Shown: in pieces, positions 36,861 through 47,171 of the stretch
Layout of the letters: every line of letters begins with the position of its first letter
How positions within the stretch are numbered: position 1 is the stretch's first letter
From: Acidobacteriota bacterium
GTDB lineage: Bacteria; Acidobacteriota; UBA6911; RPQK01; JAJDTT01
NCBI GenBank assembly: GCA_965217775.1
Contig: CBDCJH010000002.1
Location: 2,432,001 to 2,496,000 of the forward strand
Reading direction: 5' to 3'
Length of the DNA: 64,000 nucleotides
Program-made: the position numbers and the translations under genes
Notes under the pieces: generated by a model
Seen by the model: only the letters and a program-made list of their open reading frames with translations
What the model was told of the DNA's origin: nothing
The model's database searches: none

Positions 36861-38537
36861 GTGGTAGACACCTCAGCAAATGAGTCTCGTGACGCCGAGT
36901 CGGAGACAGGGAAAGCCCGCGCCAGGTTTTTTCGGGTGACGAAGCGAGCGAAGGAAGCGGCCACTCGGTCCGCGGAAAAGACTCGTGATCGGGCGGCACG
37001 GGTAGCGGCGGGAGCCAAGAATGCTGCGACTCGGTCCGCGGAAAAGACTCGTGACGGGGCGGCGCGGGTTGCGGACGAGGCCAAGGACGCCGCCGCCTGG
37101 TCTGCCGAAAAGGTTCGCGTCGGCACGGCTCGGGTGACGGAGGAAGCCATGCACGCAGCCAATTGGTCCACCAAAAAGACACGGGTTGGGACAACCCACA
37201 TCGCCGAGGGAGCGAAGGATGCGGCCACTCGGTCCGCCGAAAAGGGCCGCGAGGGGGCGGCACAGGTCGCAGACGGAGTCAAGGACGCGGCCGCCTGGTC
37301 CGCCGAGAAGGCACGGGTTGGGGCAACCCACATCGCCGGGGGAACGAAGGATGCAGCCACTCGGTCCGCCGAAAAGACCCGCGAGGGGGCGGCACAGGTC
37401 GCGGACGGAGTCAAGGACGCGGCCGCCTGGTCTGCCGAGAAGGCACAGGTTGGGGCAACCCACATCGCCCAGGGTACTAGGGATGCAGCCGGTTGGTCCG
37501 CCGAGAGGGCTCGCGACGGAGCGGAACAGGTTGTAGAGGGAGTCAAGGACGCGGCCGTCCGGTCCGCGGAGAAGGCTCGTCAAGGGGCTACGGCGGGGCT
37601 GTCCGTTACTCGCTCTTATGGTGCGCCGGTCATCGCCGGTGTGACGGCCGGCGTCTTGGCCGTCTCCGAGAAGGTAAGGGTGACAGATTCCTTCCAGCAG
37701 ATGTTGGCGATTATGCGCGACCCGACTCCGTTCTGGGACGCTTACGGTCACCTTTCGCGCTTTTCACTCAATCTCGACTGGGCGAACTTGGACCCGACGA
37801 AGTATTTGTACGCCGGGACACGGGGCACCTCGCGGGGTCTGGTTGAAGCACAGAGGGTCTGGGAGACGATCCCCGAACAGATCCGGATAGCGGGGCCTGA
37901 GGCCACGGCGAAGTACCTGGAGGGCAAGGACTGGAGCCACATCCGTGCATACAGCGAGGGCGGCAGTCACTCGGCGTCCAATGGCTTGTTCGAAAACTCC
38001 TCCGTGAATCGCGCACGGGGCAGCGATCTAATGACGCCGAGGGAGCTGGAAGCGGCGCAACGGATCCTGCAGAGCGACGCCTTTCACGCGACGCTCCTGG
38101 AGACGGCAAAATGCGCCTTGGAAGGGGCCTTGACCGCCGCGGCGATAGCAGCGGTGATGGCCGTGTTGGAGTACGGGCTCCAGTACCAGAGAAGAGAGAT
38201 AACGGAAGGCGAACTATACCGGGCGATCGGCAAGTCCATCATGGCCGCCGGAATCAGCGGCGCGGCCGTTTCGGGACTTTTGGCGGCGTTGGCGATGGCG
38301 TTTCCGGCAACGGTCCCGGTGATGTCGTTCCTGCTGGTCCCATTGATGGTGATCGGCTTTTCGGTCCTGGGCTTGCGGCTGGCGCGGCTGGGCAAGGGCT
38401 GGTATGAGGTGTATCTAAGCGAACAGCCGCTCAGGCCACTGGCACTTCAGTATTGGCTGGCGAACCAGGCAAGGGCCACAGCCAACTACGTCGGTACGCT
38501 GGCGAGACGGCGTCTGGCCGAAGAAGCCGGGAGGTGA
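36861..38537 (+). CDS. Hypothetical protein: LEA-like 22-aa repeats + HNH-like motif + C-terminal hydrophobic helices
   Basis: ~10 KDAA(T/A)(R/W)SAEK repeats; KDWSHIRAYSEGGSHSASNG...VNRARG; hydrophobic C-terminus. Confidence 0.75.
   Translation: MVDTSANESRDAESETGKARARFFRVTKRAKEAATRSAEKTRDRAARVAAGAKNAATRSAEKTRDGAARVADEAKDAAAWSAEKVRVGTARVTEEAMHAANWSTKKTRVGTTHIAEGAKDAATRSAEKGREGAAQVADGVKDAAAWSAEKARVGATHIAGGTKDAATRSAEKTREGAAQVADGVKDAAAWSAEKAQVGATHIAQGTRDAAGWSAERARDGAEQVVEGVKDAAVRSAEKARQGATAGLSVTRSYGAPVIAGVTAGVLAVSEKVRVTDSFQQMLAIMRDPTPFWDAYGHLSRFSLNLDWANLDPTKYLYAGTRGTSRGLVEAQRVWETIPEQIRIAGPEATAKYLEGKDWSHIRAYSEGGSHSASNGLFENSSVNRARGSDLMTPRELEAAQRILQSDAFHATLLETAKCALEGALTAAAIAAVMAVLEYGLQYQRREITEGELYRAIGKSIMAAGISGAAVSGLLAALAMAFPATVPVMSFLLVPLMVIGFSVLGLRLARLGKGWYEVYLSEQPLRPLALQYWLANQARATANYVGTLARRRLAEEAGR
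36950..37590 (+). repeat. Intragenic tandem repeat, 66-bp unit alternating as a 132-bp higher-order unit
   Basis: AAGGA(C/T)GC(G/A)GCC..(C/T)GGTC(C/T)GC(C/G)GA(A/G)AAG recurs every 66 bp. Confidence 0.85.
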
Positions 38538-38540
38538 AGG

Positions 38541-39353
38541 ATGGGGCGTTTGGGAGACAAGGTGGCGATCGTAACGGGGGCCGGTCAGGGCTTGGGCGAG
38601 TCTGTGGCCGTGCGGTTCGCGGCGGAGGGCGCCCGGGTGGCGGTCGTAGACGTGAATCCGCAAACGGCCGCGGAGACGGTAGGGAAAATCCGGGAGGCCG
38701 GCGGCGAAGCCATTTCGGTGGTGGCCGACTGCAGCGACGAGCAGGACTGCGAGCGCATGGCGGCGACCACCGTGGAGCAATTCGGCAGGATCGACATCCT
38801 CGTGAACAACGCCGCCATATTCGGCAAAGTGGCGCCTGTGTACGAGATCGATGCAGAGGTCTGGGACCGGGTCATCCGGGTCAACTTGAGCGGCCCGTTC
38901 CTCTGCTCCAAGGCGGTGATCCCCCAGATGAAACGCCAGGGGGCCGGAAGCATCGTCTGCGTCTCGTCGGTGTCGGGCGTGCAGGGCAACGAGAACCAGG
39001 CCGACTACAACACCTCCAAGCATGGCCTAATCGGCCTGACCCGTTGCATCGCCCAGGATTGCGGCCTCGACGGCATCCGGGCCAACGCCGTCTGCCCCAC
39101 CGGCATGAACACGCCCATGATGGCCAATACGCCCGCCGAGAACGTGGCGCCCTATGCGGGCCAGACGCTCATGTCCCGCTTCGCCGAGCCCAGCGAGGTG
39201 GCCAACGCCATCCTGTTCCTGGCCAGCGACGAAGCCTCCTACATCACGGGCGCCGTGCTGATGGTGGACGGCGGGATGACCGCGATCCAACCCTCCGGGC
39301 GGCAGATGGAAGTGGGCCAAGCCAGGTTTCTGGCCCGGTCTGCAAATCAGTAA
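38541..39353 (+). CDS. SDR family oxidoreductase
   Basis: TGAGQGLG, NNAA, YNTSK, DGG. Confidence 0.93.
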   Translation: MGRLGDKVAIVTGAGQGLGESVAVRFAAEGARVAVVDVNPQTAAETVGKIREAGGEAISVVADCSDEQDCERMAATTVEQFGRIDILVNNAAIFGKVAPVYEIDAEVWDRVIRVNLSGPFLCSKAVIPQMKRQGAGSIVCVSSVSGVQGNENQADYNTSKHGLIGLTRCIAQDCGLDGIRANAVCPTGMNTPMMANTPAENVAPYAGQTLMSRFAEPSEVANAILFLASDEASYITGAVLMVDGGMTAIQPSGRQMEVGQARFLARSANQ

Positions 39354-39441
39354 GCCGTGCCGGCGAACTTCGGTGGGATCGGAGGACGAGGACGAAGAGG
39401 GGGACAAGACTGTCCCCCTCCTGGCGGGGTCAGGCGCCGGG

Positions 39442-39933
39442 TTACGTGTTCTGGTGGTGCGGCTGCGGCTGGTTCAACTCCAGCAGGTTCCCGTCCGGAT
39501 CGTAGAAGAAGAGGACCACCCATCCCCCTTCCTCCGCCTCCCAGTAGACGGGCGGAGAGACGAATTCGACGCCTTCTCCCTTCAGGAACTCGTGCGTCGC
39601 CTCGATGTCTTCCACGTCGAAGCAGATATGCGCCGAAGGGACGTGGTGCAACGGGTACCGGCCCACGGGGCTCTTGGGAGTGATCCACTCGATCAGATCG
39701 AGGGTCATGCCCGGGTTCTCGGGCATCTTCATGCGATACTCCCGGATTCTCACGTCGGGGAACCGGGTCATCTTGGAGACGCCCTGGATGTTCTCGGACC
39801 CGGGCATCGGGTGCTCGACGTACTCCTCCACCTCCAGGCCCAGCAAGTGGTGATAGAAATGGAACGACCGGTCCAGATCGCGCACCATCAAGGCGATATG
39901 GTCCATCCTCCGGATCTTCTTCATCCCAGCCAT
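39442..39933 (-). CDS. VOC/glyoxalase family protein
   Basis: DHIALMVRDLDRSFHFY, HICFDVEDI, FFYDPDGNLLEL; GGAGG RBS. Confidence 0.9.
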   Translation of the reverse strand: MAGMKKIRRMDHIALMVRDLDRSFHFYHHLLGLEVEEYVEHPMPGSENIQGVSKMTRFPDVRIREYRMKMPENPGMTLDLIEWITPKSPVGRYPLHHVPSAHICFDVEDIEATHEFLKGEGVEFVSPPVYWEAEEGGWVVLFFYDPDGNLLELNQPQPHHQNT

Positions 39934-40079
39934 CGTGACACCTCCGTCGGGAAAGGCGGCCCTCCCGGAAATCGGTCGGTACCGAAACACAACGTCATCA
40001 TCTAGAATAAACCCCTATCGGGACTGACTACAGTCAGTCCTCAGATCATGACTCACTCCAACCCGGATGGTGAATCGAA

Positions 40080-42050
40080 ATGCAGATGAAGACAAGTAGA
40101 CTCGGAGTTCCATGGATGGGTGCGGCGATCCTGGCGGCGGCAGTGACGCTGGCGGCCGCCCCTCCGGAAGAGGCCAAGTCGCAGGAGATCGGCTACATCT
40201 CGCCGGAGATTCCCAAGGTAACCTTCCCGGAGCTGAAGGGCGAGTGGCAGGAAGGGCTGGTCCCGGACACCCTGGACCTGGCCGAGCGGGCCCGGCTGTC
40301 CATCAACGCGCTGACCGAGTCGGCGGACCCGGAAGCGGGCTACGAGATCTGGTGGCACGTGCTCCTGAACCGGAAGCCGCCCGTTCTGGTGCACGACTTC
40401 CATGACCTGAACGTCCAGTACAAGTTCCAGGAGGCGCTTCCCCTGCTCCGATACGCCAGCGGCAGCGACCAGAACCTGGAGGTGGATCAGGCCTGGCCGG
40501 AGAACCTGCTTCGCATGCAGGGGGAGGACGGCCTGATCTACATGCCCTTCGAGGGCCGCCCCTGGGCCGGGTTCCATGCCGACTGGCTGGAGCAGAAGGG
40601 ACTCAAGGAGACCCAGTTGGCCAGCACCGTCGCTCAAGGCGGTTGGCTGGGCAACTTCGCCCTCTACTACCTGCTGAGCGGCGACGAGTTCTGGAAGGAA
40701 AGGCTGCAGAAACTGGTCGACGGCGTGGCCCGCCTGATGATCTACAAGGACGACTACTGTTACTTTCCCTTGATGGCGGTCAACCCGGACACCGAGGTTC
40801 CCCGCGACCGGGAGGTCGTCGACCCGGACTGCACCCGGGAAGCCAGCGGGGCCGCCGCGGGTTGGATCATTCAGGGCCTCAGCCAAGCCTACCTGGCCAC
40901 CGGATACCAGCCGGCTCTGGACCTGGCCCGCAAGCTGGCCATCTACATGACCCGGCATTCCGGCTGCTACGACTCGGAAGGACGTTTCCGGGGCGTCCCC
41001 CACACCCACCTGCACACCCGCCCCATCTCCGGACTGCTGGAATTCGCCATGGCCAGCCAGGACCAGGATTTCATCGAGTACTCGAAGAACTCCTACGAAT
41101 ACGCCCGGGACTCCAGCGGCAGCGCCACCGTGGGATTCTTTCCCTCCACTCCCGGTGCCGGGGCGCAGTACTCGGCCAAGACGGTCCAGCAGGTGGCCAG
41201 ATACGGCGTGGAGGGCTGCACGATAGCCGACATGGCGGCGCTGGCCATCAAGCTGAGCCTCGCCGGGGCCGGGGACTACTGGGACGACGCCGACCGCTAT
41301 CTGAGGAACCAATTCGCCGAGATGCAGTTGTTGAAGGAAGACTTCGTCGGCCGGCTCCTGCCCGAGGACCGCTACGAGACCTGGAACCGCCCCGAGTTCG
41401 AGTCCTCCGACCGGACCGTGGAACGGAACATCGGCTCCGCCATGAGCCTGGCCTCCCCCAACGACTTCGTGGGGCATCCACTGACCTGGCCGGACCGCCC
41501 CGATTCCGATCACCTGTTCCTCATGCATTGCTGCACGGGCAACCACGCCCGGGCCATCTGGTACGCCTGGAGGCACCTGCTCCACCACCGGGACGGGGAC
41601 CTGAAGGTCAATCTGCTTCTCAACCGGGTTTCTCCGTGGGCGGACGTCCAGAGCTATATCCCCTACGAAGGACAGGTCGACGTGAAGGTCAAGCAGCCGA
41701 TCCGGCTCCAGGTTCGGATTCCCGATTGGACCGAACCGGAGAAGACGGTCTGCAAGGTGAACCAGCGGACCCGAGAGCTGCGGTGGGAGGGGCGCTACGC
41801 TCAGGTCGGGAGCGTGAAACCGGGGGACGTGGTGGAACTCTCCTTTCCCATCCAGGAGCGCACGGTCAAGGAAAAGATGTGGGGAGTCGACTTCAACCTG
41901 GTCGTGAAGGGAAACAGCGTCGTCTTCATCGACCCACCCGGAAAATACTACCCCTTCTACCAGCGGGACCATTACCGGCAGGACCGGGTCCGATGGGTGA
42001 AGCGCCGGCAATTCGTGGCTACGTCACCTGCTTTGAACTGGCCCTATTGA
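40080..42050 (+). CDS. Secreted GH127/DUF1680-like (beta-L-arabinofuranosidase-like) protein
   Basis: 'VEGCT' and 'HCCTGN' Cys/Glu motifs, 'YIPYEG', 'VRIPDW'. Confidence 0.65.
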   Translation: MQMKTSRLGVPWMGAAILAAAVTLAAAPPEEAKSQEIGYISPEIPKVTFPELKGEWQEGLVPDTLDLAERARLSINALTESADPEAGYEIWWHVLLNRKPPVLVHDFHDLNVQYKFQEALPLLRYASGSDQNLEVDQAWPENLLRMQGEDGLIYMPFEGRPWAGFHADWLEQKGLKETQLASTVAQGGWLGNFALYYLLSGDEFWKERLQKLVDGVARLMIYKDDYCYFPLMAVNPDTEVPRDREVVDPDCTREASGAAAGWIIQGLSQAYLATGYQPALDLARKLAIYMTRHSGCYDSEGRFRGVPHTHLHTRPISGLLEFAMASQDQDFIEYSKNSYEYARDSSGSATVGFFPSTPGAGAQYSAKTVQQVARYGVEGCTIADMAALAIKLSLAGAGDYWDDADRYLRNQFAEMQLLKEDFVGRLLPEDRYETWNRPEFESSDRTVERNIGSAMSLASPNDFVGHPLTWPDRPDSDHLFLMHCCTGNHARAIWYAWRHLLHHRDGDLKVNLLLNRVSPWADVQSYIPYEGQVDVKVKQPIRLQVRIPDWTEPEKTVCKVNQRTRELRWEGRYAQVGSVKPGDVVELSFPIQERTVKEKMWGVDFNLVVKGNSVVFIDPPGKYYPFYQRDHYRQDRVRWVKRRQFVATSPALNWPY

Positions 42051-42095
42051 CGGGTAGGCGACTCTCCGGCCGCAAGCAGAACGGTCGATAACTCC

Positions 42096-43781
42096 ATGGA
42101 ACGAAGGTCGGCAGCACGGCGGCTGGTTTCGATCACCATGGTGGCGCTGTCCGTCCTTTTCCAAGGTCGTCTGACCTCTGCCCCGGAAACGCCCCCGGCA
42201 GAACCACCGCCAGCCCAGGCCACAGGTTCCGAAATGGAGCCGATTCCCTTCCCCAACCTGAGCGCCATGGACGCGAACGTCCGGGAACAACTGGAACGCG
42301 CCCGGGCCGACCTGGAGCAGATAATCCGGCGCCCCGGGGCCGACCCGGAGCAGCGGGCTCGAGCCTACGGGCGAATGGGCCAGATGTTGCAGACCTACGA
42401 CCTCCTGGATGCGTCCGAGTCCTGTTATCGGAACGCCCTGCGGCTGGCGCCCCGAGATTACCGCTGGTCCTACTACCTGGCTCTCGGCTATCGGGCAAGA
42501 GGAGACCTGGAACGGGCCGGCGCCCAGTACGCCCACGTCCTGACCCTGCGCCCCAACGACCTGGCGGCGGTGCTGGGGCTGGCCCGGATCGAGTTGGAGC
42601 AGGGCCGGACGGAGGAGGCAGCGGAACATTTCCAGCGGGCGCTGAAGCTTGACCCGGAATCCGCGGCAGCGATGGCGGGTCTCGGCGAAATCGCGGCCGC
42701 CGGACGCGACTACGCGAAGGCCGTTGAACACTACGAAGAGGCTCTTCGGCGCCAGCCTCAGGCCAGCAGCCTCCACTACCGGCTGGCCATGGCCTACCGC
42801 CAGTTGAGACAGGTGGACAAGGCGCGGCTGCATTTGGGCAAGCAGGGGGACGGCGCCGTGAACTATCCCGATCCTCTGCTGAAAGAGCTGCTGAGAGTGA
42901 AGACGGGACGCTGGCGGCAGCGCGAGCAAGCCAACCGTCTACTCGAGTCCGGACAACACGAGGAGGCCGTGCGGATCTTTCGCGAGATGGTTTCCCAGGA
43001 TCCCAACGACGCCCTCGCCCTGGTGGACTTGGGCACGGCCCTGGCGCAGATGGGCCGCGTGGAGGAGGCCGTCCGGCAATTCGAGGCCGCCCTGCCTCAT
43101 ACCGCCTCCAAGTCCCGGATCCATCTGAACCTGTCCATGGGACTGATCCAGATAGGTCGTGAGGAAGAGGCCCTGGAGCACTGCCGCCAAGCGATCGAAA
43201 CGGATCCCAACTTCACCGAAGCCCATTTCCAGTTGGCCAACCTGCTGATGCGCCGGGAACTCGTCGACGAGGCGATCCCGCACTACGGCAGGGTCATCGA
43301 GTTGGATCCGGGAAATGCCTTCGCCCACTTCATGGGCGCCATGGCCGTGGTGAAGACCCAGAGCTGGAAGGAGGCCCGGTCGCGGTTGGAAGCGGGCCTG
43401 ACCGCTCTGCCCGAGGACACCGATCTGGCCCACGCCATGGCTCGCCTGCTGGCGGCCTGTCCCGACGCCGCCATCCGCAACGGGCAGCAGGCCCTGCGTC
43501 TCCTGCAGAAGGTGTTCGAACGAGTGAAGACCCCCGATTTCGAGCAGGTGGAGACGCTGGCCATGGTCTACGCCGAACTGGGCCTGTTCGATCGGGCCGT
43601 CCAGGTGCAGAGGATGATGATCACCGAAGTGTCCCGGGCCCAACGCTCCATGTTGGCAACGCTGCTACAGGAAAACCTCACCCGGTACCAGCGCAAAGAA
43701 GCCTGCCGGCAACCGTGGCGGGAGAACGATCCCGTGTTTCAGCCGACGCCCCTCCCCTTCTCTCTCCTCACTCTGCAATGA
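42096..43781 (+). CDS. Tetratricopeptide repeat protein
   Basis: Many 34-aa repeats ending ALxLxP; C-terminal 'LLAACPDAAIRNG'. Confidence 0.9.
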   Translation: MERRSAARRLVSITMVALSVLFQGRLTSAPETPPAEPPPAQATGSEMEPIPFPNLSAMDANVREQLERARADLEQIIRRPGADPEQRARAYGRMGQMLQTYDLLDASESCYRNALRLAPRDYRWSYYLALGYRARGDLERAGAQYAHVLTLRPNDLAAVLGLARIELEQGRTEEAAEHFQRALKLDPESAAAMAGLGEIAAAGRDYAKAVEHYEEALRRQPQASSLHYRLAMAYRQLRQVDKARLHLGKQGDGAVNYPDPLLKELLRVKTGRWRQREQANRLLESGQHEEAVRIFREMVSQDPNDALALVDLGTALAQMGRVEEAVRQFEAALPHTASKSRIHLNLSMGLIQIGREEEALEHCRQAIETDPNFTEAHFQLANLLMRRELVDEAIPHYGRVIELDPGNAFAHFMGAMAVVKTQSWKEARSRLEAGLTALPEDTDLAHAMARLLAACPDAAIRNGQQALRLLQKVFERVKTPDFEQVETLAMVYAELGLFDRAVQVQRMMITEVSRAQRSMLATLLQENLTRYQRKEACRQPWRENDPVFQPTPLPFSLLTLQ

Positions 43782-43785
43782 CGAT

Positions 43786-43813
43786 GGAGCGGCGACTTTC
43801 TTGTCGCCGATTG
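43786..43813. repeat. REP-like palindrome
   Basis: GGAGCGGCGACTTTCTTGTCGCCGATTG is the reverse complement of the unit at 2929-2956. Confidence 0.8.
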
Positions 43814-43867
43814 GAAGCGACAGTCTTCACCCGCCGGACTCCCATTTAACCATCGGAGATCGGCCGA

Positions 43868-45511
43868 TCAGTTTCCCACGACTCGAAACCGGTCCTCCAG
43901 TTGTACCCGCTCGTCGCTGGAGGAATCCCGGGCCTCGACCTGGGCCAGATAGGTTCCGGGTTCCAGATCGCTCAAGTCCAGCTTCTTGGTCAGGACGACC
44001 CTCTCTTCGGAGAGGAACCGGATCGATTCCCCGGCGCTGTCGGTGACGTCCCGGACCAGTTGGCCGTTCCCGTTTCGGATCCGGTAGGAGACCTCCAGCA
44101 AGGGGGTGTTGGAGGTCTGATCCACCTTGAAATTGTACAGGTGCAGGTAGATCCCGAGGGGGATCTTCCGGGTGAACTTGCGGGCGATGCTGGGCCGGAG
44201 CTTGACGTCTCCGAAGACGAACATCTCGTCGCCTTCCGGCAGCTCCTCCAGTTCCCGCATGTGGTCGGAAAGAACCAGGGAGCTGGCGCTCAGTTTCTGG
44301 GACTCTTTCACGGAAGGGGGTGGTATCAGAGCGTGCCTGACGGCGCCCACGTTGTCGCTGTTGAGGTCCTTGACAATCAAGTCCAGCTTGTAGCGAGTAT
44401 TGTTGTCCAACAGCAGCACCTTCTGGTAGAGGGACCGGCTCTGCCGCCCCAACTCGATCCATCTGTCCGGATAGGCCACGGTCATGTCCTGATCGAATTC
44501 CTGGATGAACTTCTTTCCCATGCTGGTGACGGCGCCGTAGAGGCCGATCTGGGCGTAGTGGGAGGCGCCTTTCTGCTTGAAGGTCATGTCCCGGTTCTGC
44601 AACTCCACGGTGACGGGAATCAGCACCTTGTCCTGGTTCAACCTGAAGTAGTCGCTTCGAACCTGGAACGGGAGATTGGTGTAGTTCACCGTGACTTTGA
44701 CCAGATCCCGGAGGTCGTTGTACTTGATGGGCCGGGCGGCCTGAGCCTTGGCGAAGATCTCGAAACGGGTGAAGGGATGGTCCTGGCGCCGCATGTTCGC
44801 CCGGAGGTAGGGGTTGTGCATCTCGTCGGGATGCAAGCGCCTCCCCTTCTGGGTCAGGCCCAACCTTTCGCTGTCGGTCAGCCCCAACCCGGGCAGGCCG
44901 ATCAGCGCGTCCTTTTCGTCGGGATGAAGGGCGAGACGGTACTCTCCGGTGCGGGATTCGTCCACGAATTCCAGGGTGATGTCGCTCCCGAGCCCGTCGA
45001 TCTTTCGATAACGCCACCGTTCGAAGGGGTGGACGGTGGTGGTTCCCCCGCCTTCGTAGGACTCGCGGACATATTGGCCACCCCCGCCGAAGTCCTCGAT
45101 CTCGTCAGGCGGCCCGTGGATGATGTAGATTCGGCCGCGGTCCGATCTCCAACCCGATTTGCCGCTGTGGAACCGCTCGTTGGCATACGCGATGCGGCGG
45201 TAGTGCTCTTCCTTGAACTCGTTGATGGGGGTCCTGAGGTCCAGGTCCCGCCGATACCAGAACTGCTCGATGAACTGCTCCTTTTCGGCCTCGTTGGTGA
45301 GTCCGTCGAAGACGGCCTTCTCGTCTTCGGTGATGATGTAGATCACGTCCTCGGTGAGCCATTTCCGGAAGTAATCCTGCGACTCCTCGGCCTGTACCCG
45401 GCCGTCATCCTTCCGGTTGTTCTTCTCCTTGGCCCCCGAAGCGGAAAGCGGCGGGGCAAGCAGGGCGAACACGGCCAGGGACAACGGGAAGCGGGATTGG
45501 AAGATGTGCAT
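43868..45511 (-). CDS. GWxTD domain-containing protein
   Basis: KWLTEDVIYII, EQFIEQFW, EEHYRRIAYANERF, GWRSDRGRIYIIHGPPDEIE. Confidence 0.92.
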   Translation of the reverse strand: MHIFQSRFPLSLAVFALLAPPLSASGAKEKNNRKDDGRVQAEESQDYFRKWLTEDVIYIITEDEKAVFDGLTNEAEKEQFIEQFWYRRDLDLRTPINEFKEEHYRRIAYANERFHSGKSGWRSDRGRIYIIHGPPDEIEDFGGGGQYVRESYEGGGTTTVHPFERWRYRKIDGLGSDITLEFVDESRTGEYRLALHPDEKDALIGLPGLGLTDSERLGLTQKGRRLHPDEMHNPYLRANMRRQDHPFTRFEIFAKAQAARPIKYNDLRDLVKVTVNYTNLPFQVRSDYFRLNQDKVLIPVTVELQNRDMTFKQKGASHYAQIGLYGAVTSMGKKFIQEFDQDMTVAYPDRWIELGRQSRSLYQKVLLLDNNTRYKLDLIVKDLNSDNVGAVRHALIPPPSVKESQKLSASSLVLSDHMRELEELPEGDEMFVFGDVKLRPSIARKFTRKIPLGIYLHLYNFKVDQTSNTPLLEVSYRIRNGNGQLVRDVTDSAGESIRFLSEERVVLTKKLDLSDLEPGTYLAQVEARDSSSDERVQLEDRFRVVGN

Positions 45512-45593
45512 CGTTGCCGATTATTCTACGGGGCACCGGGTCCGGGTTCAACGCGGGCGCGGGGCAACATGCGGGCCGGTGGATTGTCAAGGA

Positions 45594-45713
45594 GAGCACC
45601 CACAAGGGGTGCCCCTACGGTTCCTGTCTGTCATGGAGGAATAAATGAGCAGGAGCGGGGACATTCCTGTCCCCGGTAAACGGAGAGATCGGCGGCTGGA
45701 CAGCCGCCGATCC
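45594..45713. repeat. Cluster of REP-like palindromes
   Basis: GAGCACCCACAAGGGGTGCCCCTAC; GGAGCGGGGACATTCCTGTCCCC; CGGCGGCTGGACAGCCGCCG. Confidence 0.7.
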
Positions 45714-45832
45714 CACGGGACACGGACATCCTGAAAACTCTAAAGGGTGGTCCGGACTGAACTACAGGCTTGCCCAACGTGTGTACAACCGCCGAGCCAT
45801 CGACTCCGTCGATTCCCGTATTCACCCTTTAG

Positions 45833-45990
45833 CAGTCCGTGGTGAAAGTCCCGCGAGCACCGAGACCGTTCCTGCGCCCGCCGGACAAGGCGCGATTCGG
45901 GAGCATACCGGGAGTATGTGATCGAATCGCAACGCAGTCCGCCGGGATGCAGGGACGGTCGGATGCCGTGGCGACTTTTGCCACGGGCTG
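45833..45990 (-). mobile_element. 158-bp MITE, copy 2 (TSD TTAG)
   Basis: TTAG|CAGTCCGTGG...CCACGGGCTG|TTAG. Confidence 0.92.
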
Positions 45991-46022
45991 TTAGGCCGCA
46001 CCTACCCTCCACGCCAAGCCGG

Positions 46023-46895
46023 CTACAGAAAGGATTGATCGCACGCAGCGATGGTGTCCTCATCGGTAGCCCTCTGATCCTCCCACTCGCTGCCCTCGAA
46101 CCAATACTGGCGGCGCTGCTCGAGCCAGCCATTAGACTCGTTGACCGTAATCCAGCCATTGAGGAAATTTAAAATATCGAGATCGCCTTTCCGCACGGCC
46201 ATCGCCAGCGGTTCCAAGGCAAACGGCTCCTCGGAGGGCTGGTGCAGGGTGTCCGGGTTGGCTTCAACCCATGTGGCCCCCGTCGACGCGAACGCTGCCG
46301 CAGCATCGACATCACCGGCAACCACGGCCTCGAGGACGTCGTTGTCGGTATCAAAGAGCTCGATCATGGCACTAGGAAAAACATTCTCGATCGCGGGGAT
46401 GGACGAAGCTCCGCTCCGGGTCCCAATCGTGACATCGGAGCTGTTGAAATCTTCCAGCGTCTCCAAGTCGGTGGTTTCCGCTGTATTCGCCACCAGATAG
46501 ACGCCAGTCAAGTTGTACGGTGACGTGAAATTGACCCTGAGATTACGGCTTGGAAGTATCGTCATACCACTGATGATGGCGTCAAAATCCTTCTCGAGCA
46601 GGGATGTGATGATGTATTTCCAGTTCGCCCGCTCAAATTTAACCTCTACCCTCAGATCCTCGGCCAATTTGGTCGCGACATCGATCTCAAAGCCAATCAG
46701 CTCGCCGTCGGCATTGCAGAGCGACCAAGGCTCGAACAGGCCCAGACCGACTCTGATCGTCCCACGGTCCTGGACCTTCTCAAGAACGCTGTTGTCAAAA
46801 GACCACCAGGGGAAAATCTGGGCCATCACCTGAGGGCTGGCACCGCCCATCAGGACAACAACGACTAAGCCACACACTACTTGCTTGCTTCGCAT
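46023..46895 (-). CDS. Polar amino-acid ABC substrate-binding protein (family 3), stand-alone
   Basis: GTIRVG, GELIGFEIDVA, DAIISGMTI..R, FTSPY, MAVRKGD. Confidence 0.88.
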   Translation of the reverse strand: MRSKQVVCGLVVVVLMGGASPQVMAQIFPWWSFDNSVLEKVQDRGTIRVGLGLFEPWSLCNADGELIGFEIDVATKLAEDLRVEVKFERANWKYIITSLLEKDFDAIISGMTILPSRNLRVNFTSPYNLTGVYLVANTAETTDLETLEDFNSSDVTIGTRSGASSIPAIENVFPSAMIELFDTDNDVLEAVVAGDVDAAAAFASTGATWVEANPDTLHQPSEEPFALEPLAMAVRKGDLDILNFLNGWITVNESNGWLEQRRQYWFEGSEWEDQRATDEDTIAACDQSFL

Positions 46896-47171
46896 CGGAT
46901 ACCTCCTTTGAAGTAAAGATTCGCTCCAACCTTCAGCCCGGAATTCTCACCAGAAATGTTATTGGACACTAAACGAACGGAGCATAAGGAACGTGAACGT
47001 TTATTCACAAACTGTACCAAAAGCGGCGGAACGGATCGAGGCCGAAAGGAGGATTCAAGCGTCCCAACGAGTCCGTGCCGTAGAAGGGCAAGATCGAGTT
47101 AAAGGAAATAACTATTCAAGGAGATCATCCGCCGCCGCTTCCATGTCGACGAATGTCGATCAAACCGCGCG

